Source: an uncultured Gammaproteobacteria bacterium
GTDB taxonomy: Bacteria; Patescibacteriota; Microgenomatia; Daviesbacterales; UBA10151
Direction of reading: 5' to 3'
NCBI GenBank assembly: GCA_964551605.1
Contig: CAZKCV010000001.1
Location: forward strand, 1-59,991
DNA length: 59,991 bases
Shown: positions 28,754 through 38,323 of the stretch, piece after piece
Position numbering within the stretch: the stretch's first letter is position 1
Layout: each line of letters starts with the position of its first letter
The notes under the pieces: model-generated
Database searches by the model: none
Told to the model about the DNA's origin: nothing
The model's input: only the letters and a program-made list of their open reading frames with translations
Program-made: the position numbers and the translations under genes

Positions 28754-29374
28754 ATGACTCAAGTTAATAGCAACTATTGCACTCTATATCTGGTACGTCA
28801 CGGCCAAACTGATTGGAATACTGGTGGCCTTACCCAGGGCCAAACAGATATTCCATTAAACTCTGAAGGTATTAAACAGGCACAAAACCTGGCAAAAAAA
28901 TTAAGAAGCATCAAATTTGATGCGGTTTTTTCTTCCGACCTGGTCAGGGCCAAGAAAACCGCTGAAATTATTGCCCGGGAACGTGAAATGGCTATAGAAA
29001 CAACCAAGCTTTTGCGCGAACGCCGTTATGGCAAATTTGACGGCAAACCCTGGCAGCTGATGCAGGAATTTTACGACACCTGGGTCAGATTAAACAGAAA
29101 AGAAAGGATTAAATACCGACCTTATAAAAGCTATGAAACAGATGAGGAAATTATCAGCAGGTTTATAATTTTCTTACGAGAAACAGCCATAAGGCATGCA
29201 GGCAAAACCGTTTTAATTGTTTGCCACGGCAGCATGCTCCGAACTTTGCTGAATCACTTATCAGAAGAAACTTATCTCTCAGGAGCCGTATCAAATTCCG
29301 GATATATTAAACTCAAGTCTGACGGGGTAGATTTTTTTATTAAGGAAATGAAAGGGATTAAAAAACCCGGCTAA
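28754..29374 (+). CDS. Histidine phosphatase / phosphoglycerate mutase family protein
   Basis: LVRHGQT, FSSDL.RA..TA, LRER.YG, LIVCHG. Confidence 0.9.
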   Translation: MTQVNSNYCTLYLVRHGQTDWNTGGLTQGQTDIPLNSEGIKQAQNLAKKLRSIKFDAVFSSDLVRAKKTAEIIAREREMAIETTKLLRERRYGKFDGKPWQLMQEFYDTWVRLNRKERIKYRPYKSYETDEEIISRFIIFLRETAIRHAGKTVLIVCHGSMLRTLLNHLSEETYLSGAVSNSGYIKLKSDGVDFFIKEMKGIKKPG

Positions 29375-29398
29375 ATTACCCCGGAAAGTTTCTGAAAA

Positions 29399-30553
29399 AT
29401 GCTTAAATTCTTAAATTTTTTTAGAAAAAAATACGAAACCCTAAATCGGATAGAAGTCTCCCGTGATAATTTATTACACAATTACCACTATCTGTCTTCC
29501 CTTAACAGAAAAGTTAAAGTTGCTCCGGTTGTCAAAAGTAACGGCTATGGGCACGGCACTAAAAATGTGGCTAAAATCCTGGATTCACTTTACACATCCG
29601 ATGTGTCTAGCAAACCACCTTGCTTTTGTGTAGACAGCTTATTTGAGGCCTATCAATTACAAAAAGCTAATATCAAAACTCCGATTTTAATCATGGGTTA
29701 TACCAATCCGGAAAACTTTAAGGTTAAAAAGCTACCCTTTGAATTTACAATTTATGACTTGGAAACAGCTAAGATTTTAAATGAATTTCAGCCAAATGCA
29801 AATGTGCATATTTTTGTGGATACCGGGATGCACCGGGAAGGAATCGCAATTGAAGAGCTCTCCGGTTTCTTAAATCAGCTCAGGCAACTGCCTAATATTG
29901 AAATTGCCGGCTTGATGTCGCATCTGGCTTCCTCAAAAAACCGGAAGGACCGGATGTTTCTTAATCAGGTGGCAAAATTCGAAAAGGCTAAAGAAATTTG
30001 CCGGAAAATGCATGTAGCCCCGAAATGGTTCCACATTGCTGCCACCGGCAGCCTCATTAACCCGGAGACCCGTCAGATTATTGCCGGTATTTCCAACCTG
30101 GCAAGAGCCGGATTAGCCCTTTATGGTTATTCATCCAGCACTGCTGATAAAAATCTGAAACCGGCTTTAGCTCTAATAACCAAAATTTTTCAAATCAAGA
30201 AAGTATTAAAAGGGGAAAAGCTGGGTTATGAGGGCACTTATACTGCCAAAAAAGATATGTTAACCGGTGTAGTCCCTGTTGGCTATTATGACGGGGTAGA
30301 CCGGCGGCTATCCAATAAAGGGGTGTTTCTAGCTGATAATATTCCTTGTCCTATCTTAGGTAAGGTCAGCATGAATGTTAATATTATTGATTTAAGTAGT
30401 GTCCCAGATCCAAAGTTGGGCCAGGAAGTAGTTGTTTACTCACGTAACCCGGAGGATAAAAATTCAATCGGAAACTGCGCTAAAATCTGTAAAACTATTC
30501 CCTATGATCTGTTAGTTAACCTGGCAGAAACTACCAAAAGGATAATTGTATGA
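29399..30553 (+). CDS. alr: Alanine racemase
   Basis: VVKSNGYGHG (PLP lysine), VDTGMHREG, MSHLA, GYEGTY, GYYDG, GKVSM, TIPYDL. Confidence 0.95.
   Translation: MLKFLNFFRKKYETLNRIEVSRDNLLHNYHYLSSLNRKVKVAPVVKSNGYGHGTKNVAKILDSLYTSDVSSKPPCFCVDSLFEAYQLQKANIKTPILIMGYTNPENFKVKKLPFEFTIYDLETAKILNEFQPNANVHIFVDTGMHREGIAIEELSGFLNQLRQLPNIEIAGLMSHLASSKNRKDRMFLNQVAKFEKAKEICRKMHVAPKWFHIAATGSLINPETRQIIAGISNLARAGLALYGYSSSTADKNLKPALALITKIFQIKKVLKGEKLGYEGTYTAKKDMLTGVVPVGYYDGVDRRLSNKGVFLADNIPCPILGKVSMNVNIIDLSSVPDPKLGQEVVVYSRNPEDKNSIGNCAKICKTIPYDLLVNLAETTKRIIV
29588..29610. repeat. In-frame palindrome ACACATCCGATGTGT in alr
   Basis: Matches recG 3167-3188. Confidence 0.65.
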
Positions 30554-31449
30554 AGGTATTAATAATAACAGGCGGAACCACTTCCGAACGGAATATCTCT
30601 TTAATATCTGCCAGGCAGGTAAAGAAAGGCCTGGAAAAAGCAAAATACCGGGTAGGGCTTTTTGATCTTAAAAAGGGATTTTCGGCACTTAGAAAATTAC
30701 TGCCGGAATTTGATGTTTTCTTCCCTATCTTGCACGGTGAAGAAGGTGAGGGGGGAAGTTTACAGGAATTCTTGAAAGTGAGCAAAGCCAGATATGTCGG
30801 TGGCGATCCGAATGGTTTTCAGGAAGGCTGGTTTAAGATTTCCTTCAAAAGGTTTTGTGAGAGAAATAAAATTCTAACCTCACCCTGGAAAGTGGTAAAA
30901 AATCTAGGGGAAATTAAAAGTTTTGGCTTTCCGGCAGTCTTAAAAAGCTCAAGCGGCGGCTCATCTAAAGAAGTGGTCATCTTAAAATCTCCTAATGACA
31001 TAAAGAAAAAATCCTGCCTGGAATTAATCTCTTCCCGGTTTGACCTGTTTATAGAAAAATATCTGCCCGGCACAGAAGCAACAGTTTCTATATTAGGTAA
31101 TAAAGCTTTGCCGGTCATAGAAATTATTCCTCCCAAAGGAAGCTGGTTTAGTTTTAGAAATAAATATTCAGGTGCCACCAAAGAGATTATCGGGGCTCCT
31201 TCTTTAAGTGAAAATATGAAAAAAAGGCTACAAAAAATAGCTCTGACTATTCATCAAAAATTAAAACTTGGTCCTTATTCCAGAATAGACTTTATGGTCT
31301 CCGATAAAATCCCTTACTGTCTGGAAGTAAATACCATCCCCGGACTAACCTCCAAATCCCTTTTTCCCAAAGCAGCCAAAGCAGCAGGAATAAGCTTTAA
31401 GCAACTTGTAGTAAAAATAGTTATAATGAGTTATATAAGTAACAATTAA
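30550..31449 (+). CDS. ddl: D-alanine--D-alanine ligase
   Basis: GG.TSERNISL, LHGEEGEGG, GGSS, FIEKYL.GTE, NKY, SRIDF, LEVNTIPG. Confidence 0.92.
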   Translation: MKVLIITGGTTSERNISLISARQVKKGLEKAKYRVGLFDLKKGFSALRKLLPEFDVFFPILHGEEGEGGSLQEFLKVSKARYVGGDPNGFQEGWFKISFKRFCERNKILTSPWKVVKNLGEIKSFGFPAVLKSSSGGSSKEVVILKSPNDIKKKSCLELISSRFDLFIEKYLPGTEATVSILGNKALPVIEIIPPKGSWFSFRNKYSGATKEIIGAPSLSENMKKRLQKIALTIHQKLKLGPYSRIDFMVSDKIPYCLEVNTIPGLTSKSLFPKAAKAAGISFKQLVVKIVIMSYISNN

Positions 31450-31450
31450 A

Positions 31451-32556
31451 ATGTGGTGGATGAATCCTGAAACTAAACAGCAACGAAGCTTAACCCTGCG
31501 TCCCATTCCCTCGGAACTGCCAAGTGTGGCGGGTTGGAAAGAAATTCCTATCCGGGAAAATGGTGAACTGCTTATTTCTCTTGGACCATTTTCTGATTAC
31601 CACGAAATCTTTACCAATTCCATTTATTTCGGGGAAAGGACTGACTCTCCTTATAGCACCGATCCGTTAAAGGCTGAAGAGCCTCTTTGTGGCAGTTTAC
31701 TCACCATGTTTGTCAGAGAAGGCGTTGCTAAACAATTAAGCGAAGCTCAACAACTACTTCCTGCCGGCCTGCATCTGATTGTCTTTGATACTTATCGTAC
31801 TTTGGAAGTTCAGCAATCGCTATTTGACAAATACCTCGGGGAGCTAAAAAAACAAAATCCGAATTGGGGTCAGGAACAACTTCTAGCTGAAACTCAAAAA
31901 TATGTTTCCATACCCTCCGAAGATCCCAATAAACCTTCTCCCCACAATACGGGTGGGGCTGTGGACGTAGCAATTTTCCGGTTACCAAAAGAGGCTAATA
32001 AGAGAATTGAAAAAATTGACAAGCAGCTTAAGCTTCTTGGCAATTCAGATTGGCAAGAGGCCTACAGGCTGGAAATGGAAAGGATAAGCCTGATTAACGA
32101 ACAGGCCCGGCTTTTAGAGTTTGGTACGCCATTTGATTATGGTGGCAAAGAAGCAGCTCTAAATTTCTTTGAACGCCTTTCTGCAGAGAGAAAATTATAC
32201 GGGGAAGAGGTTACAGCCAGAGATAACCGCCGTATACTCTTTAATGTCATGACGGCAGCCGGATTTGAACCGTATGAGGATGAATGGGAACAAAGACAGC
32301 CGGGTTAATCTTTGCAGAATACGGAGCTTCTATGCTTTCCCCTGAAAACCTGGCTCATGAAAAAATGCGCAAAGAACACCGCTTAGGCACTCTTCGTTTA
32401 GCGGCAGGATGGCAGGTGAATCCGGCATGGTGGATTGCAAATCCGGGATTCGCCCAACAATATTTCACAGCTGAGCAAACAGCCATGAAAGCTGGAGATT
32501 TCCTAGCCAGTAAACTACCAAAAGCAGCTATTATCCAACCACCTATAAAAAATTGA
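31451..32556 (+). pseudogene. VanX-like D-Ala-D-Ala dipeptidase (M15), split by a frameshifting deletion
   Basis: VFDTYRT, PSPHNTGGAVDV, FGTPFD and RRILFNVM..AGF..Y.DEW are present, but the expected WH.. motif is missing; the C-terminus continues in another frame (32284-32556). Confidence 0.75.
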
Positions 32557-32593
32557 GCTCTACCTATAGAACGGGATTTAGAAAATTGATCAT

Positions 32594-33244
32594 ATGAAAA
32601 CAAGATTCCTAAGGCTCGCTGATCCCGGACTGCGGAAAACCGCTCAGGAAATTACCCAAACTAAGATTAATTCAGCGGACACCAGAAAAATCATTGAAGC
32701 CATGTTGAAGGTGGCTCATGGACAACAAAAAGATCATCAAAAACCCATCATGGTGGGACTGGCTGCACCGCAAATCGGAATATCTAAAAGAATTATTCTG
32801 GTTGACGTTAAAGCAGACGGAAAAGGCCTGCCCGCAACGCCTCGCAAGCTCGGCTTGCGTGGCGGGCGGGGAAAAGTAGGGAACTTAAGAATTTACATCA
32901 ATCCAAAAATCATCTGGAAATCCAAAAGGGCAGGGGAGTGGTATGAAGGTTGTTATTCCACCGACAGAATCTGCGGCATCGTCTCCCGCCCCACCTCCAT
33001 CAAAATCCAAGCATTTGTGCTGCAACCTGAAAGGTTGCAAGCTAAACTAGTAGAAGAAAGGCGGACCGATTATACGGCCAGGATTTTCCAGCATGAAATT
33101 GACCATTTAGACGGCAAAATATTTATGGACCATATCAAAAATCCGGACTACCTGCATTGGGTAGAAGAAAAAGAATTTCCTCTATACAGAAACAAACAGG
33201 CCTGGAGAAATTGGCCCAAAAAATACCCTTTACCCCTTGCTTAA
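32594..33244 (+). CDS. def: Peptide deformylase
   Basis: GLAAPQIG, EGCYS, QHEIDHLDG. Confidence 0.93.
   Translation: MKTRFLRLADPGLRKTAQEITQTKINSADTRKIIEAMLKVAHGQQKDHQKPIMVGLAAPQIGISKRIILVDVKADGKGLPATPRKLGLRGGRGKVGNLRIYINPKIIWKSKRAGEWYEGCYSTDRICGIVSRPTSIKIQAFVLQPERLQAKLVEERRTDYTARIFQHEIDHLDGKIFMDHIKNPDYLHWVEEKEFPLYRNKQAWRNWPKKYPLPLA
32827..32870. repeat. In-frame GC-rich hairpin in def
   Basis: CCTGCCCGCAACGC..CGCAAGC TCG GCTTGCG..TGGCGGGCGGG; encodes LPATPRKLGLRGGR. Confidence 0.7.
33013..33039. repeat. In-frame palindrome, family 3, in def
   Basis: Reverse complement tgcaacctttcaggttgcagcacaaat. Confidence 0.7.
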
Positions 33245-33305
33245 AGAGGATCAAAAAAGGTATAATTTAGATGGCTAAAAAGCCTTTTTTTATTGTCTCC
33301 ATCAC

Positions 33306-35882
33306 ATGAGTAACATTGGCAAAGTTTTAACCACTCCCATTATTGAAGAAATGCAAAAGTCCTATTTGGACTATGCCATGTCAGTCATTGTTTCCCGGGC
33401 CCTTCCTGATGTCCGTGACGGCTTAAAACCTGTCCAGCGAAGGATCATCTATGCCATGCACCAGCAGGGCCTACATCACAGTTCCCGGTTCCAGAAATCC
33501 GCTGCCGTCGTAGGTGAAGTCTTAAAAAACTTCCACCCGCACGGTGATGCCCCGGTTTATGAAGCCATGGTCAGAATGGCCCAGAACTTTTCCATGAGGT
33601 ATATGTTAGTGGACGGTCAGGGAAACTTCGGTTCAATTGACGGCGATTCTCCGGCAGCCATGCGTTATACAGAAGCCAGACTTTCGGCAATCTCGGAAGA
33701 GCTCCTGCGTGACATAAATAAAAACACGGTCGAGTTTGTAGATAATTACTCCGGTACTACCAGGGAACCGGTCCTTTTACCCTCTGTTATACCTAATCTG
33801 CTGCTAAACGGTGCTTCCGGCATTGCCGTAGGTATGGCCACCCAAATCCCACCCCATAACTTAGGGGAAGTCTGCGATGCCTTAATTTACATGATTGAGC
33901 ATCCAGCCAAAAACGTCATTGCGAGCGAAGCGAAGCAATCTTCCGCGGACGAGGAAGATCGCCACGTCGAATCGAAAATCGACTCTCCTCGCGATGACAA
34001 TAAATTTTCCTCCACCGCTACGGTTGAAGACTTAATAAAATTTGTCAAAGGCCCGGATTTTCCTACCGGGGCTTCCATTTATGACCAAAGTGAAATCCTG
34101 GCAGCATATGCTACCGGAAAAGGCCGGATTGTAATGCGGGCCAAAGCAGAAATAGATGAAACACCACAGGGAAAAATGCAGATCATTGTTTCCGAGCTGC
34201 CGTACCAGGTAAATAAAGCTACCTTAATTGCCAGAATTGCTGAACTGGTGAAGGATAAAAAATTAGACGGCATTGCTGATTTGCGGGATGAATCTGACCG
34301 GAAACAAATGGTCAGGATTGTTTTTGACCTAAAAAGGGATGCCAAACCGCAATCACTTTTGAACAGCCTGTATAAATATACTGCCATGCAGTCAGTTTTT
34401 AATGTTAACCTGGTAGCTCTCTCAGATGGTGTGCCTCATCTTTTAACCTTAAAACACATCCTGGAAGAATTTATCCATCATCGGCAAGTTGTCGTCACCA
34501 GACGCTCTGAATTTGAACTGGCCGAGGCCAAAGCCCGTGAACATATTCTGGAAGGCTTAAAAATTGCCGTTGACAATATTGATGCCGTGATTGAAACCAT
34601 CAAAAAGTCAAAAGATGCTGATGCCGCCAAAACCAATTTGATGGCCAGATTTAAGCTGACTGAAATTCAGGCTTTAGCTATCCTGGATATGCAGCTTAGA
34701 AGGTTAGCTGCCCTGGAAAGGCAAAAGATTGATGATGAGTTAAAAATGGTCCGGGAAACTATTGCCTATCTGGAAGATCTTTTAGCCCATCCGGAAAAAA
34801 TCTTAAAAGTTATCAAAGGGGAACTGGAAAAAATCAAGGAAAAATACGGCGATGACAGAAGAACCAGGGTTTATAAACAAAAAGTAGGGGAGTTTTCCGA
34901 AGAAGACCTGGTACCGAATGAGGTGACCATTGCCACCATCACTGAAGGAGGCTACATCAAGCGCCAGTCTCCGATGTCTTTCAGAACCCAACAGCGGGGC
35001 GGCAAAGGGGTGATGGGTATTTCCACCAAAGAAACTGATGCGGTCTCTCATATTTTTTACACCCAGACCCATGACAGTATTTTATTCTTTACTGATAAAG
35101 GAAGGGTTTTCCAAATTAAAGTCTGGGAAATTCCGGAAACCCAACGGGCTGCCAAAGGCCAGGCCGTTGTAAATTTAATCAATATTGAGCAGGGAGAAAA
35201 AGTAACGGCGGTTTTGACTACCCGCCAAAAGGGGGAAAGCACCCAATACTTCTTTATGTGTACCGGCAAAGGCACGGTCAAAAAAACCTCCCTTTCTGAA
35301 TATGCCAATATCCGGAAAAGCGGTTTGGTGGCAATTAAGCTGGATTCGGGAGACGAGCTAGGATGGGTAGCTGCCACCGCTGGTAAAGATGACCTGATTA
35401 TTGTCTCCAGAGCCGGCAAATCCATCCGCTTCTCTGAAACCCAGGTTAAACCAACCCACCGTGACACTTCCGGGGTAAGAGGCATAAGACTTAGCAAAGA
35501 TGATGAAGTAGTCTCATTAAATATTGTCCAAAAAGATGCCCAGCTTTTAGTAATCATGGAAAATGGCTTAGGCAAAAAGACGGCATTTTCAGCCTGGAGC
35601 CGACAGGGCAGGGGAGGACAGGGCGTCAAAGCTGCCCAGGTTACAGCTAAAACCGGCCAGATTGTTACTGCCCAGGCAGTTGACGGCAAAATGGATACTT
35701 TAGTCTTAACTTCCAACAAAGGGCAGTTAATTAAAATGGATTTGGCAGAAGTACCAACACTGCAGCGCCAGACCCAGGGAGTAATTTTAATGAGAGTCAG
35801 AGCAGGGGAAAAGGTGGCAGCAGCCACGGTTGTAGCTTCTAAGGAAAAAACCGAACAAAAAGAGACTAAGAAAGAAGAATGA
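33306..35882 (+). CDS. gyrA: DNA gyrase subunit A
   Basis: [29 protein letters not shown], GyrA-box QQRGGKG, C-terminal beta-pinwheel repeats. Confidence 0.98.
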   Translation: MSNIGKVLTTPIIEEMQKSYLDYAMSVIVSRALPDVRDGLKPVQRRIIYAMHQQGLHHSSRFQKSAAVVGEVLKNFHPHGDAPVYEAMVRMAQNFSMRYMLVDGQGNFGSIDGDSPAAMRYTEARLSAISEELLRDINKNTVEFVDNYSGTTREPVLLPSVIPNLLLNGASGIAVGMATQIPPHNLGEVCDALIYMIEHPAKNVIASEAKQSSADEEDRHVESKIDSPRDDNKFSSTATVEDLIKFVKGPDFPTGASIYDQSEILAAYATGKGRIVMRAKAEIDETPQGKMQIIVSELPYQVNKATLIARIAELVKDKKLDGIADLRDESDRKQMVRIVFDLKRDAKPQSLLNSLYKYTAMQSVFNVNLVALSDGVPHLLTLKHILEEFIHHRQVVVTRRSEFELAEAKAREHILEGLKIAVDNIDAVIETIKKSKDADAAKTNLMARFKLTEIQALAILDMQLRRLAALERQKIDDELKMVRETIAYLEDLLAHPEKILKVIKGELEKIKEKYGDDRRTRVYKQKVGEFSEEDLVPNEVTIATITEGGYIKRQSPMSFRTQQRGGKGVMGISTKETDAVSHIFYTQTHDSILFFTDKGRVFQIKVWEIPETQRAAKGQAVVNLINIEQGEKVTAVLTTRQKGESTQYFFMCTGKGTVKKTSLSEYANIRKSGLVAIKLDSGDELGWVAATAGKDDLIIVSRAGKSIRFSETQVKPTHRDTSGVRGIRLSKDDEVVSLNIVQKDAQLLVIMENGLGKKTAFSAWSRQGRGGQGVKAAQVTAKTGQIVTAQAVDGKMDTLVLTSNKGQLIKMDLAEVPTLQRQTQGVILMRVRAGEKVAAATVVASKEKTEQKETKKEE
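33915..33998. repeat. 84-bp in-frame nested-hairpin insertion in gyrA
   Basis: Terminal IR GTCATTGCGAG / CTCGCGATGAC and internal ATCTTCC..GGAAGAT; encodes [28 protein letters not shown]. Confidence 0.8.
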
Positions 35883-36088
35883 AAAAAACTGCCTGGCTTT
35901 CAACCATAGGAATTATCTATTTCATGTTTGGTTTTATTTTTGCCATAGCTTTTGCCATCTATTACCGCTGGCCCTTTTTATCATTTCTATCCCCGGGATT
36001 TTATAGTGTAATTTTAACCTGGCCGTTTCAGGCAATTGGATTTACTAATGACCTCCTAAGATACGGCCTCGCCGGCAAACCTATTTAA
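35879..36088 (+). CDS. Small hypothetical membrane protein
   Basis: Two hydrophobic segments; overlaps the gyrA stop. Confidence 0.6.
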   Translation: MKKTAWLSTIGIIYFMFGFIFAIAFAIYYRWPFLSFLSPGFYSVILTWPFQAIGFTNDLLRYGLAGKPI

Positions 36089-36094
36089 AACTAT

Positions 36095-36337
36095 ATGAGT
36101 ATTGAAAATAAATTTAAAGCATACAGAGCCGTTGTAACAGAATCAGAACAGCTACACCGCTTACTGAGTAGAAGATGGTTGGGACCCTTTCACTGGGTAT
36201 CCCGCATAACGGATCGCCTATATGGAGAAATTAAAGGAGCATGTATATATACCGGAGAGCGGATAATAGACGGGGCTACACCTGAAGAAATTGCACAAAG
36301 AAGCAGATCTTTAGTTAAGGAACTTATTAAAGATTAA
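36095..36337 (+). CDS. Hypothetical protein
   Basis: 80-aa ORF in operon-like position; no motif recognised. Confidence 0.45.
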   Translation: MSIENKFKAYRAVVTESEQLHRLLSRRWLGPFHWVSRITDRLYGEIKGACIYTGERIIDGATPEEIAQRSRSLVKELIKD

Positions 36338-36427
36338 AATTATACTCAAGCGGAGGCATATATACCTCCCAAAAACCTCTAAACCAAATCGTTTCTAAAC
36401 CAGATTGTAAGACAGACATCAAAGAGT

Positions 36428-36458
36428 AGGTGCCAAGCTAGTCCACCCTCCAGGTGGA
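36428..36458. repeat. REP-like element (family 2), left flank of RAYT2
   Basis: AGGTGCCAAGCTAGTCCACCCTCCAGGTGGA. Confidence 0.85.
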
Positions 36459-36499
36459 AAGGTATTGACACCTATACTTATTTGCTTTATTTTTAAGAT

Positions 36500-37174
36500 A
36501 TGCCAACTAACAGAAAACTGGTATTTGCAAATGATGAAATTTACCACGTATTTAATAGGGGAGTTGAAAAAAGGCCAACCTTTACAGACAAACGTGAACT
36601 AAAAAGGGCAATGCTCACCTTAGACTTCTATAGATTTGCTAAACCGCCTCTTAAGTTATCAAAACTTCTGGTTACACCTCAAGATGAACAGGTAGAGTTA
36701 TTGGGAAAACTTAAGAGAGACCATGAACAGTTGGTAGAAATAATATGCTTTTGCCTAATGCCCAACCATTTCCATTTTATGCTTAAACAAAAAACAGAAA
36801 ATGGCATCTCAACTTTTGTATCCACTGTTGCTAATAGCTATACCAGATACTTTAATACTAAGCATGACCGCATAGGCCCTTTATTTGAAGGAATATTTAA
36901 GGCTGTAAGGATAGAGTCAGACGAGCAACTGATACATGTATCAAGGTACATACACTTAAATCCGGTTTCTTCCTTCTTGATTAAACCGGAAGAATTAGAA
37001 AATTACGAGTGGTCATCTTACCCTGAATTCCTGGGATTATCAGATGGAAAGGTTGCTGCCAAAGACCTTATATTAGATTTCTTTCCTTCAGTAGAAGCTT
37101 ACAAAAAGTTTGTTTTGGATCAGGCAGATTATGCTCAACAACTGAACTTAATCAAACACTTAGCTCTGGAATAA
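36500..37174 (+). CDS. REP-associated tyrosine transposase (RAYT), copy 2
   Basis: YHVFNRG, CLMPNHFH, SYTRYFN, SRYIHLNP, YEWSS; upstream TTGACA-17-TATTTT. Confidence 0.9.
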   Translation: MPTNRKLVFANDEIYHVFNRGVEKRPTFTDKRELKRAMLTLDFYRFAKPPLKLSKLLVTPQDEQVELLGKLKRDHEQLVEIICFCLMPNHFHFMLKQKTENGISTFVSTVANSYTRYFNTKHDRIGPLFEGIFKAVRIESDEQLIHVSRYIHLNPVSSFLIKPEELENYEWSSYPEFLGLSDGKVAAKDLILDFFPSVEAYKKFVLDQADYAQQLNLIKHLALE

Positions 37175-37187
37175 TACAAAAAAGGAA

Positions 37188-37218
37188 AGGTGCCAAGCTA
37201 ATCCACCTTCCAGGTGGG
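37188..37218. repeat. REP-like element (family 2), right flank of RAYT2
   Basis: AGGTGCCAAGCTAATCCACCTTCCAGGTGGG. Confidence 0.85.
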
Positions 37219-37222
37219 ATAT

Positions 37223-37498
37223 TTATTTGCTTCCCAAATACTTCTGGGCTACATCATTAAGATAGTTAGATAACCTGGCAATGATAATGGCTGAAAGGAA
37301 GAACTCCCAAAAAGGGCTCCGGATATCTGTTCCCAGAAAGATATTAAATAAACTGACCTGGAAAGCAAAAGTCAATAAAATAGCTGCTGCCAAAGATAGC
37401 AGAGGAATGTAAGTTCTAAGTGCCTGAATATTTCCTATCAGGTATTCAATTACTGCCTCATTTAGAATTGTTAAAATCAAAACCACCAGCCAGTTCAT
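37223..37498 (-). CDS. Small multi-TM protein, holin-like
   Basis: Three hydrophobic segments; IIIARLSNYLND resembles a motif of small phage holin-like proteins. Confidence 0.5.
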   Translation of the reverse strand: MNWLVVLILTILNEAVIEYLIGNIQALRTYIPLLSLAAAILLTFAFQVSLFNIFLGTDIRSPFWEFFLSAIIIARLSNYLNDVAQKYLGSK

Positions 37499-37788
37499 GT
37501 AACCTTTCCGGGCAGGAAAAGCTTGTACAATTTAATGAAAGCTCCCACTATTGTCAAGGTCTCATCAACCCGTTTAGCCTTGCAAGACCTCGCCTGGGAG
37601 CCTGTAACTATAAGACGGGAATCTGCCAGCTGTTTTTGTAGATCGGCAATCTTTTGATCCCTTTCCTGAAGGGCCTCCTGAAGCACTATAACCTGCTGAT
37701 TTAAGGAAGCAAGAGTAGTTTGCAGGTTCTGTACTTGAGACACTAAATCAGCAGGTTCTGTTGGAGTATTAAAAACTATTTCAGCCAT
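37495..37788 (-). CDS. Hypothetical coiled-coil protein
   Basis: Heptad-rich VQNLQTTLASLNQQV..LQKQL; coupled to the next gene. Confidence 0.5.
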   Translation of the reverse strand: MAEIVFNTPTEPADLVSQVQNLQTTLASLNQQVIVLQEALQERDQKIADLQKQLADSRLIVTGSQARSCKAKRVDETLTIVGAFIKLYKLFLPGKVT

Positions 37789-37886
37789 ACCATCAGGCAG
37801 GGATTAAGTATACCATAAGGGATTGACTTATTTAAAAAAATGTCTCAATATGGAATTAACGCCAAAAAAGAAGGAGGTGATAAAAA

Positions 37887-38243
37887 ATGCAGATTATTTT
37901 AGCCTTAGTCTTAAATGCATTAGCTCTTATTGTCACAGCCTACATTGTGCCGGGAATCGCAGTAGCTAATTTCACAACAGCTCTACTTGCTGCCATAGTC
38001 TTGGGAGTGGTTAATACTTTCATAAAACCAATTCTCAGCTTTATAACAGCACCTTTAACAGTTGTCACATTAGGTCTTTTTACCTTTGTGATAAACGCAG
38101 TGGTCTTATTTATAGTTTCAGCAGTGGTGCCAGGATTTAGTGTATCCGGTTGGGTTCCGGCAATTTTAGGAGCAGTGGTGTTATCAGTAGTTGCCACAGT
38201 CCTGAATTCAGTATTCAAGGATTTAGGCAAACTGAAGAAATAA
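37887..38243 (+). CDS. Phage holin family 4 / YvlD (DUF360)-like membrane protein
   Basis: VLGVVNTFIKPIL..TAPL.V.TLGLFTFVINA; strong AAGGAGGTGA Shine-Dalgarno. Confidence 0.85.
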   Translation: MQIILALVLNALALIVTAYIVPGIAVANFTTALLAAIVLGVVNTFIKPILSFITAPLTVVTLGLFTFVINAVVLFIVSAVVPGFSVSGWVPAILGAVVLSVVATVLNSVFKDLGKLKK

Positions 38244-38323
38244 TAACCTGTTATACTGATCCGGATGCATACATCTAAAAATTCCATTTGAATGGAATGA
38301 TTAAATGTGGTAAACTATGGGGC

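Noticed and set aside
29399-32556. Glycopeptide-resistance (van) cluster
   Set aside because: No vanH/vanR/vanS; Ddl retains the omega-loop KY typical of D-Ala-D-Ala ligases; the VanX-like gene is broken
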